Source of the DNA: Carcharhinus longimanus
Taxonomy: Eukaryota
Length of the DNA stretch: 64,000 nt
Reading direction: 5' to 3'
Assembly: GCA_030264375.1 (NCBI GenBank)
Contig: JASCQW010000098.1
Coordinates: forward strand, 36,158,344 to 36,222,343
Shown: positions 48,656 to 62,059 of the stretch, piece by piece
Numbering within the stretch: position 1 is the first letter of the stretch
Layout: every line of letters starts with the position of its first letter
Made by a program: the position numbers and the translations under genes
Notes under the pieces: generated by a model
The model's database searches: none
What the model saw: only the letters and a program-made list of their open reading frames with translations
What the model was told of the DNA's origin: nothing

Positions 48656-51600
48656 AGGCTGATTCTGAGTCAGCCAGCCCCACAGCACAGGTAAACCAAA
48701 TAAAAACACTGCAAGTAAACATAGTCCCTGTGTAAACCCTCACACTATTTCATTTACACTTGCTAATTGAAATTGTGGTTTAACACAAATCTCATTATCA
48801 TTTGATGAAGGTGCTGATGGGGGAGGTTGGGCGGAGGGGGTTTATGGGAAAGAGGTGGTCGGGTGGGGATTGTTATTCTCCACAATCCACTATACTGACT
48901 TCAATGAACTGATAAAGTTTCTATTTTGCCATAAAGTTGTTTCACTGACAAATTTCCTCTGGCTGGTCAATCCTGTAACATGGCATTGGGGATTGGGACC
49001 TCGACTGCACAGGCAAGATTTCATATTTGCACTAAACAAATGGGGGGGGGGGGGGNNNNNNNNNNNNNNNNNNNNNNNNNNNNNNNNNNNNNNNNNNNNN
49101 NNNNNNNNNNNNNNNNNNNNNNNNNNNNNNNNNNNNNNNNNNNNNNNNNNNNNNNAAGGGGGGGGGGGTGCAAATCTTGAGAAATATACACTCTAAAGAT
49201 AAATAAATGGGCACCTAACCCGAGGAATAAAGAATTATGCAAGATCCATTGATTTGCTATAATTCTTTGCGTTTGTGTTCTGTTTAAAGGATTACACGGC
49301 TGGTTAAAGGCAATGATATATTTCATTCTGGGCTGGGCATTAAATGCAGTGATGTGAAGGTATGATACGCAAGGCGCCAGTCAGGATCCCGGTTAACTTT
49401 GGTCTTTTCCATGGATCGACAGCGCCCACTAGAGATCAAATGCGCATTTCTCTCAAGAACACCCCGGCGATCAAAATCCTCTGGGTTTTATTGCCTTCTA
49501 AGTTTTGATGTATTCTCGCGGCATAATCATTGTCACGGTAAACTTTTCACGATTATATCTATTCACTAAAATATCATGCAGACCGTCTTAACTTGACGGA
49601 CACAATTAGCTTCTTGAAGAACTTTTAAAGCCATTAAGATAATTGTATATAACTTTTGAAATTCGTGGGAACTAATCATAGGGAAAGCTGAAATTCTGAC
49701 TCTGAAGTTCATTCTGCACATAATATTTAAATGATTCCATTAAGAGATCGGTGTCTTGGATACGTTACGTTTCAGACGATATCTTTTCAAGGGACAAGGC
49801 ATCTTTTGAAATGAGTTTGACTGGTCTACAAGTTTATTTAACGTGAGACGTTAAACTGGGCACGCAACAACGAACCCCAGGTTTAGTTTAGAGAGAAAAA
49901 AAGCTGATGTTTTGGCCAGTAAATCAGTTTGTGCCGTAAACCCCTTATGCAAATCTTTTAATGCAGTGGTAAATCTCCAAACTCTATTAATAGGACATTT
50001 GAGCAAATGAGAAAGGATAACTGTGCAATCAGAGAACAGAAAGTGAAGATGCAATTAATGGGAAAACAATGTACACTTAGTGGGAAAAATGCAAGTTAAT
50101 GGAAAAGTGAAAAAGTATACGTTGGGGTGAGAAACGTAAGCCGTACCTATTTTTTGCAGAGATTCCGTATTGTTCTATGAGGGTATTTTGTAACTAAATG
50201 TCAGACAAGGGAGGAATAGGTACGAAGAGCGTGTTAGTTTTATAAAGCAAACAAATTGTCAAGACGCCAGACATAATCTAATTTACAGCCACGAGATCCC
50301 GAGTGTCCGGAATCCTGAGCAATTAATCCAATTTATTTTAAACGAGTTTATTGATGACTCAGAATTGTGACAGTACATGAACTTCATAATGAGAAAATCA
50401 AGNNNNNNNNNNNNNNNNNNNNNNNNNNNNNNNNNNNNNNNNNNNNNNNNNNNNNNNNNNNNNNNNNNNNNNNNNNNNNNNNNNNNNNNNNNNNNNNNNN
50501 NNATAATGAGAAAATCAAGCAACAAAAATGGAGTGTCTAATCTGATCAGAGTGTTACTCTGAATATTGGGCAGGTGATTGAATCATCTCAAACGGCGACG
50601 AATTATCAATGAAACAACATTCTCCTTTGTTTTCGGACTCATCTGATGAAATTTGAATTCTCCTGCAAATCCCATGTAAAAAAAAGAAAAGGAAGCTAGC
50701 GTTTTACTAAAACACATTCCAAATGCTACAATGCCAGTTAATAACTTTTAAGTAATGAATAAAGGTAAGACTTCTTCTAAGAAAGTCCACTCAGTGTACT
50801 AGTTTATCTAAATTAACCCTCGGCAGGTTGGATCGACGGATGTTGTAATGTTGTAACTTTTCTCCATAATTAATGCGATAATGTTGAACAATGAAATTAG
50901 ACCCATCCAAAGCAATGTGATTTCCTATGCACACGCTTTGTTCTCCCACGAGTTCCCTCCCACCTAGAATGTCGCTTTGACCCAGATTTTAGGTCTTTTT
51001 TTGGCGTTTTCAATGGGGAGAGGGACAATTTAAAAGCAACGATATTAGATATAGTAACGCTTTGTTATCAACAGGGGCGATGGTGAATAAAAGGTTGGAT
51101 AGATAGACACCAGGACATGTTCACATTTTCCGCCAGCAATGAGGTGATAACCCGGTTATCGTTAAATCCGAGTTGCGGGAGCGTTGACTTTTCCATTCTG
51201 AGCGTTTGTCTATCCCGCCCACCATCCCGAGAAGAAATGAGTTAAACAGAAATGGTCACGCGTGTCTCCCAACAACAGCAAAGGATTACAAACCATCGTA
51301 AACCCTTTCAACATCACCCTTAACCACTACAGCTGTCGACACGTTTACTGCAGCATTTTAATGCGGTGATTTTCACGGTGATCATGAGGGTCGATGAAAC
51401 GATTCTTGCCGGTAATTAATAACATGGATCGCGGGAGGGGAAATACGCCCTGAGAAGCGTTTAGCTTCTCCAGTTACGCGCAAATGCAACTTCGAAGTAA
51501 AGAGCACCGTGTTCTCTTAGAAGTCTTTTTTTAACTAGAACAGCCTCGCATTCCCGTTAGTTTGAATGAACTGAGTTCCTAGCGCAACCTAAAGAAAATG

Positions 51601-53069
51601 TTTTTGTAAACAATAAAACAAACTTCTATGTACAGTCGCGGCTGTAGCGTCCAACCCCATTCGAAACTCAGTGAGGACCGGTTACTATTGAAAAGATTGA
51701 AACATTAGTTAACGCAAATTGTTGATTTATTTTTAAATAATCGATTTTGGCACAGAGAAAAACACAAATTGAAAAAGAAAGCAACTATTTATTTTTCTCA
51801 CAACAGGTCGCCAGAAGTGTTCATATTTTCCGGCTACCGTTTAAGTTTTAGCCTCTGAAGTACCGGAAATAGTTGCGTTGCAAAGTGTCTGATCTTTCCC
51901 TTTTACCACGAGAAGAATTGGCAGCAATGTGAAACCGAACAAATAGGAAATTTGACCACCGCGTCCGATCTATAAAGTAACTGCTCGGCGAGATCTCGAA
52001 AACGTATCCTTTACTCTTCGCACAAGATCCAAAAACCCATTTCAAAGCAAACTCGCAAATCTATTAAATTGCATTTCGTCATTTTCCCACAATCTTCCTC
52101 AATGCATTTGTTATGCAAAGTGGTGTACCATAAATTAATATTTAACACCCGTCAGAATAACACAAACCTTTCTAAAACCGTTTGATAGCATGTTGGTAAG
52201 ATATTACATTTCAAAGTAAGTAATACTGTCATGAATAAACCCACGGCAGTACAGTTAAAATCTAAAAATCAAAACACACTGAATTAGTGAGTACACTTTC
52301 TAAACATCTAAGCCACTCGATGTACAAGAAATTCTTATTACAATTCCGGATTTTCAAAACGTCATATTTATTTTAAACTTACTTTATACCAATTCAATTT
52401 TTTTTTAGTTGGTCAACATAATCCGTATGCTTTGTTTTCTCAAAAATCTATCACAACTAGAACAGAAAGCAAACAATTAAAGAAAAGTTTCTAATATACT
52501 GGTGATGAAACATTTTGATATGTTTTGATCACAAGCCTTAATTGTTCAATGTAACTCCCCGCAGAATTGAAGTCCAATTCAAACTAAATACTTTTACTTT
52601 TATATCCCTGTTGTTCTGAAATTGTCGAGATGGTTTCCATGTATGTTATTCAGCCTAAGTATGTTTTGCTAAAATAAACAATCCATTGGGTAGTTGGATT
52701 GTGAAGTTGTGATGCTGAAATGCTGGGTTTCCATAAAATAAAGTTGCTATAGATCAGCTCAGGAATGAAGTGCACGTGAAACGGAGTCTGTCGACACCCA
52801 AATCTTAAATTATAGTGAAAGATGATTTTTGACCATCTACAATCTTCATAAATCATATAAATCTGTAAGCCGCTCAGATAGAAACTTATTTTTAACAGAT
52901 CCGTTTTATTGTTGCAATGTGATAGAAAATAAAATATGTTTATTTTCCTCCAAGGTTTCACGTACCCGATTATTTAAAATGTATAACTGGATTATTTCCG
53001 ATTGATTATAACTTGATAGATTATAACTGGTTAGGCGCATTGACCATTCGCTCTCGGTGTACCGAACAA

Positions 53070-53140
53070 GCAAGTTTCATAGTAACTTCATTGCAGTGTT
53101 AATGTAAGCCTACTTGTGACACTATTAAATAATCTTAAAC
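53070..53140 (+). mobile_element. Short retroelement tail fragment
   Basis: cagtaacttcattgcagtgttaatgtaagcctacttgtgacact-type tail, recalled as a common shark SINE/LINE 3' end. Confidence 0.4.
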
Positions 53141-55067
53141 TTAGATAGTGAGTTCATCGCGTAATGTAGCACAATGCTGGCACTCTGAGTAAGTTAGCCC
53201 TATAAACCCCTGTATTCTCCCATTTTCAGGTCTAAATTATTAAGAACAGGTATATGAAACCCGCTTGACAAGATTCGCACCTGTCACCTCAAATGTAATT
53301 CCAATGTTTCTTTAGTGATATTACTCGATTGTGATTAAAATCCCAAGACTAAATCCCTGCAATCTTTGAGGCCAAGTGTATGCACCGATGCTGAATATGT
53401 GTGTATGTATAGGAGAGGGGGAATGAGGAAAAGAAAGTGTGTGAAAACGTGAGAGTAAGTTTAGTTCGGACAGGTGGAGCAGGTTTTGGAAAGTTACACA
53501 GGTGGATTTCCTGTTCAGTGAACCCGGTTACATGATGCCAGCAGCAATCGATTTGAGATCTAACCCGGAAATGCTGAGGATCATTTACACTTCCAAGTTT
53601 ACAAATCTCTTTGGGGCAATTTTATGAAAGGTTCATGCATTCCATACACTGGTGGAATCATATACAAATTGATAACAATTGTTTCCATATTTAATAATTT
53701 TGGAGGGCGGCTGTGCTTTTTCCATGGAATTCATCAAAGAGGACGGATGGTGATCGGACGGAAGAGCAGACGGCAGACGGTCACTTAACCCAAACAGAAA
53801 GGAAGGCTCCACTTTAAGAGGCCATTATTTCAAAGCATTAATGTCTTGGATACGTTCTAGACTAAAATCTATCACAGTCCATTAACCTCGTTTTGAACAC
53901 TGTCATTATCTCCTCTTTCCCCGCCTTGTTATTTCAGACACCTTCTGTTGTTGCTTTTAGGACTAAAATGTAAACACGATCCCCTTTCCCAAGGCACGAG
54001 GGGGTCATTTGTTGGCTCAGCTTAAATCGGTTCACTTGATTTTTTAAAATAACTTATCTTTTGCAGCTTCGAAAACCGTGAGATGTCTATAGGCCACAAC
54101 CATTAACAGGTATCCTGGAAAGAGAAGCTGTGAGCTCCTGTTACACGAAGAATACATACCGAGGACGGCTGCCAAAAACAGTGTAGTATTAACCTCCTGA
54201 AGGCTTCATAAAGAGTTATGAACGAAATAAAAGTTGTTGATAACTTTTGCCAGCAATTGCTCCCATGTATCTATCTTGATTGGTAGGGTAGTTTTATTTT
54301 GTATTGACTATAGCTATCCTGGCAAACATCATTAGCATCATTACACACCATGCAGTTAATTCAGGATGATGTCCAATCTGAAGCTTTAATGATTGCATGT
54401 TTTTCAAATGATGATTGGCATTAGGTTTCCAGGCCATATGAGTGTCAATATATACTTGCAGGATAATCCAAACTAGAGTTTGGGAGGTTTGTACAACTAG
54501 TAGTCATATCAGAATTCACTCCCTTTTATCCTTTTCGTTGAAATTAAGGGAGAATGTTATGGAGTGTTTGTATCAAATTTACATCCATTGATTTGTTCGT
54601 AGTGGTGTCTATGACAAAATACAGTACTGACCATGTTGCTAATGTACGAAGAAACCTACACTGAGAAAATAATGCTTGTGATATAATCACTGCACAATTT
54701 GTTCCAGGAAGTAATAATGCCAACTGAGTCATTTGTTTTATCAAGCTTCCTACATTGAGGCAAATTATTTTCATGGTTGGTTCAGACTTCTGGATTGCAG
54801 CCTAAAATAGCATGTTTCATATGATGACTTCAACTGTGTGAACAGGCCAAGTGTTTAACAAGCTTCCCTGTCCTTTCCCAGTGCCACCTACTCATGTGGC
54901 ACAGAAAATCCAGCTAAAACATTTCCTATTCATTGTCTTCATTGTCAATTGGTGACAATTCTTGATTGGTCAAGAATTTCCAAGTAAATGGCAGAATGGG
55001 TGTAACAAGCCAAAACAATAAATGACTAATGGGATGGTGTCAAAGAGTAGCTAGTTTGGGTCCAGAC

Positions 55068-56545
55068 TAGAAATGTTCTGTATGCAAGAGCAGGAACAGG
55101 TCATTTGGCTNNNNNNNNNNCCTGCTCCGCTATTAAATAGGATCATGGCTGATCTGATTATAACCTCAAATCTGCATGCTGCCTATCCTCCAATAACCTA
55201 TCATCCCTTGCTTACCAAGAATCTATCCACCACTACCTTAAAAATATTCAAAGAATTTGCTTACATTGCCTTTTCAGGAAGAAAGTTCCAAAGACTACCC
55301 TCGAACAAAACATTTTGTGTCATTTCCGTTTCAAATGGATGAACTTAATTTTTAAACAATGACCCCAAGTTCTAGATTCTCACATTAGAGGAAATATCCT
55401 CTCCACATCCAACCTGTCAAGACCCCTCAGGATCTTATATGTTTCAATCAAGTTGCTTCTCCAGTGGATGCAAGCCTAGTCTGTCCATCCTTTCCTCATA
55501 GGACAATCCACCCATACTATATATTAGTCTGGTGAACTTTCTCTAAACTGCTTCCAATGCATTTTGATCCTTCCTTAAATAAGGAGACAAATGCTGTACA
55601 GAGTACTCCAAGTGTGGTCTCACTGTTTCTCTGGATGGGGGCACACACCACCATATGTTAAGATCATAGCTGATCTGATTGTGATCTCATGTCTATTTTC
55701 CTGCAATACCCCTATAATCTTTGGTTCCCTTGTCAAACAAAAAACTACTTAACTCAGCTTTTAAAATATTCAATGACGCAGCCTCGATTGCTCTTTGGGG
55801 AAGTGAATTACAAAGACTAATGATTCTGTGAGGGAAAAAATTCTCCTCATGTCTGTCTTAAATAGGAGACCCCTTATTTTCAAACTGAATCTCCTAGTTC
55901 TAGTGTGTCCCGTAGTTCTAGTCTCTCAGTACAGACCCTGTCAAGTCCCCCCAGGACCTTATATGTATCAATAAGATCACCTCTCATTCTGCTAAACTCT
56001 AAAAGCCAACCTGTCCAACCTTTCCAATTAGATAGCCTCTTTATATCAGGAATCAGTTGAGTGAACCTTCTCTGAATTGCTCCTATTAAAATTATATCCC
56101 TTCTTAAATAAAGAGATCAAAACAATACTTCAGATGTTGTCTTACCAATGCCCTGTATAACTCTCGCAAGACTTACCTACTTTTATATATCCATTCTATT
56201 TGCAATAAATGACAACAGTCCAATTGTCTCACTGTACCTGCATACTGACTTTTTGTGATCCATGTACTGAGCATTCAGACCCCTCTGTGTTGTAGTGCTC
56301 TGCATTCTCTCTCCATTGAAATAACATACTGATTTTCTGTTCTTCATGCCAAAGTGGACAAGTTCACATTTTCCCACCGTTATTTTCCAGCTGCCAAATT
56401 TTTGACCACTCACTTAAGTATCTATATCCCTTTTCGGACTCTTATATCCTCTTCACAACTACTCTCCTATCTATTAGAAAATATAGCAACCAAACATCCA
56501 GTTCCTCTACTCAAATCATTGATATAGATTTTGAACAGTTTTGGT
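55068..56545 (-). mobile_element. Two stacked CR1 3' fragments
   Basis: Tail motif gatcatggctgatctgatt at 55141 and again at 55664; minus-strand peptide VGKCELVHFGMKN. Confidence 0.75.
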
Positions 56546-56669
56546 CCCATCACTGGGATCACTGAGACATTTACCTTCAATATCAAACATCTGAGCTGGA
56601 ACTAGACTAAAAAATGTAAAGAGTAAGATAAAAAGAAAAGAAAGTTTAAAATAAATATCAGGTTCTTAA

Positions 56670-57160
56670 TTTTGTGGACAACCAAGCTGAATTCAGTAAG
56701 TGCAGAGAAGAACTGAAAAGGGACATAAGGAAATCCTAACATTTTTCATAAACATAGAAGTAATAAAATGGCAGTCAAAGATCGGGTGAAGCCACTTAGG
56801 ATCTAAAACGGAGATCTTGAGAAGGTAGAGTGCAAGGTTGAGGTACTAATTGAGTACTTAGTTTGCCTTCACCAATGAACAGTATGTTGACAATTTTATA
56901 TTAAAGGAGGATGCGGTAGAGAAAGTGGATAGGGTGGAAAAAACAGAGGAAGTACTTAAAAGTTAGCTTCACTCAAAGTAGAACAGTTCCTAGTGCAGAC
57001 GGGTGAATCCTTGGATGCTGAAGAAAGTAAGGTTAGAGATAATGGAGGCTTTGGCCACAGTCTTTGGATCCTTTTGAGTTATGATAATGGTGCAAGAAGA
57101 ATAGATGATTGCAAAGTTTGCACCCCTGTTCAAAAATGTGGAGATGGATAAACTTGGCAA
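56670..57160 (+). mobile_element. CR1 ORF2 fragment, degenerate
   Basis: gaatccttggatgctgaagaaagtaagg...gatgattgcaaagtttgcacccctgttcaaaaa, resembling the HPRxLKE...WRxANVTPLFKK region. Confidence 0.6.
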
Positions 57161-57163
57161 CAA

Positions 57164-58025
57164 TGTCATTGCCAACTATGACAGTACTGTGCCTTTAAGA
57201 AATATATTTTAATCATATTTCTTTGCAGGTTTTCAAGCAATTCCTTTACAAGATTTTATTGTTGCCATAGCTGGTGTCCACTAATTGTTGCTGAAGCAAT
57301 ATAATGGATCTCTTGTTTATTCTTAATCTGGCCTGATGTGGTATCCTGAGATTTTATGAACCTTTTGAAATTGCTGGGGGGAGCATGACCAACAGGTCAG
57401 ATGCTGCCTGGGGACAGTTTTTTACACAGAAAAGTCCAATGTTTTAGTTTAATTTTTCTCATGTTGTTGGAACTGCAGACAGAAACTAGTGTCTCTTGAT
57501 TTCCCTTATCTCTGGAGTCGGAACTTCTGCTGTCTGTGAGTTGCTAGTGGTCAAAAGCAGTGTGTTTCTGTCCCTCTCTCTTTCCAGAGGTATGCTGAAA
57601 GTTCTTGGACTGGGAACCTCAGAGTTTTACTCCAACATTCAAAGGACTAATTCACAACAGGTGTTAAAAAAAGCTGCAAAATCTAGCATCATGTGAGCAT
57701 AATTGCTTTTTGTGCCAAGTCTAGAAATGGGTGTATGTTTATAAGATGGTTGTTAGACTTGGAACATTGTAGTTGGCTTCTTGTTAAGGTTTATACTGTG
57801 TCATGTATAATTCTTGTAAGTGTTGAAAGTTATGCTAAATCTTTTTATTATATTTTAACTGTGCTCTTAAACAAACTTTGTTTGATAAAAGCTTCCTTGT
57901 GGGTCACTTGAATCTTACCAGGAGTGAACCACGTTATGCTCACCTGTGTCAAATTCAAAGGCAAAAACTTAGGATCTAGGCTATCTTTATAAAACACCTT
58001 GGAGTTTCTGACCTGCATCATAACA
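57164..58025 (+). mobile_element. Probable solo LTR (~860 bp)
   Basis: Begins TGTCAT and ends ATAACA (TG...CA with short inverted termini); interrupts CR1 sequence; no TSD found. Confidence 0.5.
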
Positions 58026-58029
58026 ATGC

Positions 58030-58270
58030 TAAATTGTTATAAATCATGCGTGAGACCCTAACTGGAGTATTGTGTCCAATTCTAGGTGCCACACTTTAGG
58101 AATGATATCAAGGCTTAGAATGAGTGCAAAGCAGGTATACTAGAATGATGCCGGAGATGAGAGACTTCAGTTATATGGAGAGTCTAGAAGAGCTGGGTTT
58201 GTTCTCCTTCGAACAAAGACAATTAAGAGTTTAGATAGCAATGTTCAATTGAAGGGGTTAGATAGAGTCA
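58030..58270 (+). mobile_element. CR1 3' fragment
   Basis: actggagtattgtgtccaattctaggtgccacactttagg (LEYCVQF motif)...gagctgggtttgttctcctt. Confidence 0.7.
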
Positions 58271-58314
58271 ATTTCTATCCTTCTCCACTGTTTCCAGCGG
58301 AGAAGGATAGAAAT
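58271..58314. repeat. Perfect 16-bp inverted repeat (hairpin)
   Basis: ATTTCTATCCTTCTCC-actgtttccagc-GGAGAAGGATAGAAAT. Confidence 0.9.
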
Positions 58315-59719
58315 AAAATTATTAAAGCAGTTGTTACTTAGCATTTCATTAAAAGGAATTTTCTATTGCTATAACACCAGTGTTATTGTCAGAGTGCTAC
58401 TAATATAATAATGTGTAAATGCAATACCAGAAGTCTTTCAGTGCCAGTGTATTGGGACATGAATCTCAGAAGGAAATGATTGACTTTGGGAACATGATTC
58501 CCTGGAGCTGCTGGGCACTCTAATGGTTAATATCCTTACCTCACATTTGACCAGCACCCTCAACAGAGTGCAAAACCAAATCAATAATCTTCTATGATTA
58601 TCAAATAATACCAACTTAGTGGATCTTCTTTTACATCCCTCGCTCCTCCTGTTCAGCTTAATGCAATTGAAAGAGCTCATCTTTCCAGTAAGAAAAAAAC
58701 CCTGCTATTCTGAATTGTAGAAGTCCTTACTGAATATGTGGTCAGATGCTTGGCTGTCACAATCAATAAACAACTGCTGAAGCCTGCTGTGTGCTGCAAC
58801 CCAAGTGTGAAATATAACAGCAAAAGAATACAAGCTGTCATGCCTCCCATGGGAAGGTCAGAAAGTACACCTTATGGCTTTCAAACTGTGAGACAAAAGG
58901 ATTGCAAATTATTTTATTAAATATTTTAATTTATGTATCTTTCCCATCCTCTAAAATTTCTATACAGTGTTCAGTCAGGAGGTTGAGAAATTCCAAACCT
59001 GAAATGTCTCCGTAACTGCTGTCCCACGGTATTATTTTGTCAATGCACTAGGAGGTGTTTGAATGGACAGGAATGACATAATCCCGGCTAAACTAGTTTT
59101 CTCTTCTTCTCCTATCAAGTAAGCAAATACACACAAGCTCAACCAAAACTAGTATGCAATTCAGGTTACATTTCAGCTGGCAGCCCAACACTTAAACAGT
59201 AACCCGCCCCCCCACCCCACCGCCCTAGTGTGCTTCTACTAATAGACCTGTTGTACATGGGCAGTCTAGGACATGAAATGAAGTATCTGAAGCTTAACAC
59301 GAGTCACGTCAGGCCAAACATGACAATGCTTTACAGATCACTGTCGAGCAGAGGATTTGTTGAAGCGATATATCACATGACAGAACATCAAGTAAAAATA
59401 TGTTATAACTTAACTGATATTAAATAAGGGTCTCACAGTCATAACTGTATGCTGTTTACCTACAATTTTATAAAGCTTGCTCATGATGCAAATAAATATT
59501 CCCAGGACTCTCCTTTAATCCACATTTTTATATTCTATTTACATATAATACCTCATATAATAGATCTAGAGTGCTTGCTACTTATGCAACATCAATTGTA
59601 ATTGGTCTATTTTATTAATTCTGCTGAACTATATTGTTACAGTGCTTCAAGGTCTTCCATTTTCATATAAATAAGATAGAAATTATAACTACCACGAGGC
59701 ATCTCCCTCATATATATTC

Positions 59720-61290
59720 TTTCAAATTAATTCTTTGAATGTGGGCATCATGAGCAAGGCCAACATTTAATGCTCATTCTTAACTAAGAGAAGATAATGG
59801 GGAGCTACATTCTTCAATCATTGCAGTCCATGTGGTGAAAGTACTCTCGCAGTGCTATTAGGTAGGGATTTCCAGGATTTGGACCCAACAGTAATAAAGA
59901 GCTACAATGATGCATTCAAATCCAGGTGGTTGTGACTTGCAGGCGAACATAGAGATGATTGTATTCCCTTGCAACTACTGCTTTTGTCCTCTAGGCAGTG
60001 GAGGTGCTGGTTTGGAAGGTGTTGTCAAAGAAGCCTTGACAAATTGCTCTGGATAGGATAAATCACTGCAGCTATTGTGCACTGGTGGAAGGAGCAGGCA
60101 TTTTAGATGTTGAATGAACTGGCGACCAAACCGACTGCTTTGTCTTGGATGGTATGGTATTTCCTGAGTGTTGTTGCAGCTGTTTCCATCCAGGCAATTG
60201 GAGACTATGTGACTTGCAGGTTGCAGAAAGGCTTAGGGAAGTTGTGAGATGATCTACTTACCACAGACTACTAAGACTCTGACTTTTTGTTATAACCATA
60301 ATATGTTGCTGATTCAGTTAAGTTTCTGGTCAATGATCGCCCACATGATGTTGATGGTGGGTTTCAGTGATGGTAATGCCATCAAATGTTCTGAGGCAGT
60401 GGTTAGACTTCCCTGTTGGAGATGAACGTTGCCAATCACTGTATAGCTCAACAGCTCAAAACTGACATTTTGGATATGAGCAAAAGTTGTTTCATTATCT
60501 AAAGGATTTGAAATTAGAATTGAATGTGATTGGAGGCCAATCACCTCAGCCGCAAGATATTCCTGAAGGAGATCCTCAGGGCAGCACACACACCCTAAAT
60601 TTTTGCAGATGACTCATCAATGACTTTCTCCTTAACATTGAAGAGAAGTGAATATTTACTGATAATTGGCTGTCAGAAACAGAAATCATCTGTCTTAGTG
60701 CTAGTTGTGAATTCAGCCACTGGACAGTTTCCCTCCTGATCCCCTTTGGTTTTACAGAGGCTCTTTGTTGTTGACTCATAATGTCAAATGCCACCTTGAT
60801 GTCAATGATGTTACTCTCACTTCACTGGTGAAATTCAGGTCTTTAATCCATGTTTGGACCAAGTATTGTCGTTTGATGCTAAGTGATCCTGACAGAAACC
60901 AAAGTCAGCAGATTATTGGTGAGTGAATGCTGCACTCTTTGGTCATTAGGAGTAAGCTAACAGCACCACAATTGGCTAGATAGAAATCGTTCTGCTCTTT
61001 ACAAACAGGGCATAATAAGGGAATTTTTTTCACATAGTTAGTTAGGCACCAATGCTGTCGTTGTCCCAGAACATTTGACCAAAAGCATGGTTGGTTGTGA
61101 AGCACAGCACTACAGAGGGGATGTGGTTGAGTCCTGTAGCCTTTCCTGTGCCAAGTGCACTCATTACTATGCTGAAGATTTGCATCTGTGATAGTGATGG
61201 CCCAAAAGAGGAGGCCAAAAAAGATCATCCACTTGTACCTCCTAATGAAGATGGTTGTGAACACTTCAGCTTTATCTTTTGCACTTGTTT
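59720..61290 (-). mobile_element. CR1/L2-group LINE with an internal micro-inversion
   Basis: Reverse-complement homolog of 19870-21170, except that about 60525-60670 (RT core segment) is in the plus orientation. Confidence 0.7.
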
Positions 61291-61296
61291 AGGGTG

Positions 61297-61872
61297 AGTG
61301 TGCTGCCCTGAGGAACTCCTTCAGGAACATCCTGTGGCTGAGGTGATTGGCCTCCAACCACATGCAATTCTAATTTCAAATCCTTTAGATAATGAAACAA
61401 CTTTTGCTCATATCCAAAANNNNNNNNNNNNNNNNNNNNNNNNNNNNNNNNNNNNNNNNNNNNNNNNNNNNNNNNNNNNNNNNNNNNNNNNNNNNNNNNN
61501 NNNNNNNNNNNNNNNNNNNCTCCGCATTAAACTCCATCCGCCACCTCTCGGCCCAGCTCTGCAACCTGTCTAAGTCACCCTGCAAACTACGACACCCTTC
61601 CTCACAATCTACCACACCTCCGACTGGTGTCATCAGCAAATCAGTGCTGAGTATATCAGTGATTTTCTCTATCCAGAGCAATTTGTTGAGGCTTCTTTGG
61701 CAACACCTTCCAAAGCAGCACCTCCACTGCCTAGAGGACAAAAGCAGTAGAATATAATAATCTCTAGGTTCCCCTGCAAGTCACAACCACCTGGATTTGA
61801 ATGCATCATTGTAGCCCTTTTATTACTGTTGGGTCCAAATTCTGGAAATCCCTATCTAATAGCACTGCGAGA
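61297..61872. repeat. Inverted duplicate of 59845-60590, broken by a gap and a CR1 fragment
   Basis: 61297-61418 is the reverse complement of about 60468-60590; about 61650-61872 is the reverse complement of about 59845-60075. Confidence 0.8.
61520..61625 (-). mobile_element. Young CR1 RT fragment
   Basis: VGGVVDCEEGCRSLQGDLDRLQSWAERWRMEFNAE. Confidence 0.85.
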
Positions 61873-62059
61873 TGTTTCATTTCATCATGATTGAGGATGG
61901 ATATGTTCACTGAGGTTCTGCTTCCTCCCATTAATTGGCCATCACCATTTCTGACTGGATGTGGCAGGATTGTAGATATCACAGACATGTAGTTATGGCA
62001 TTGAAGATTCAGTAAAAAAGCTAAACTTTCTTTTAAATTGACACAAGGAGTATTCGAAA

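Noticed and set aside
52983-53030. Three GATTATAACT(G/T)G-like repeats resembling a mini array
   Set aside because: Short slippage-type duplication with irregular spacing; not CRISPR-like, and the context is eukaryotic.
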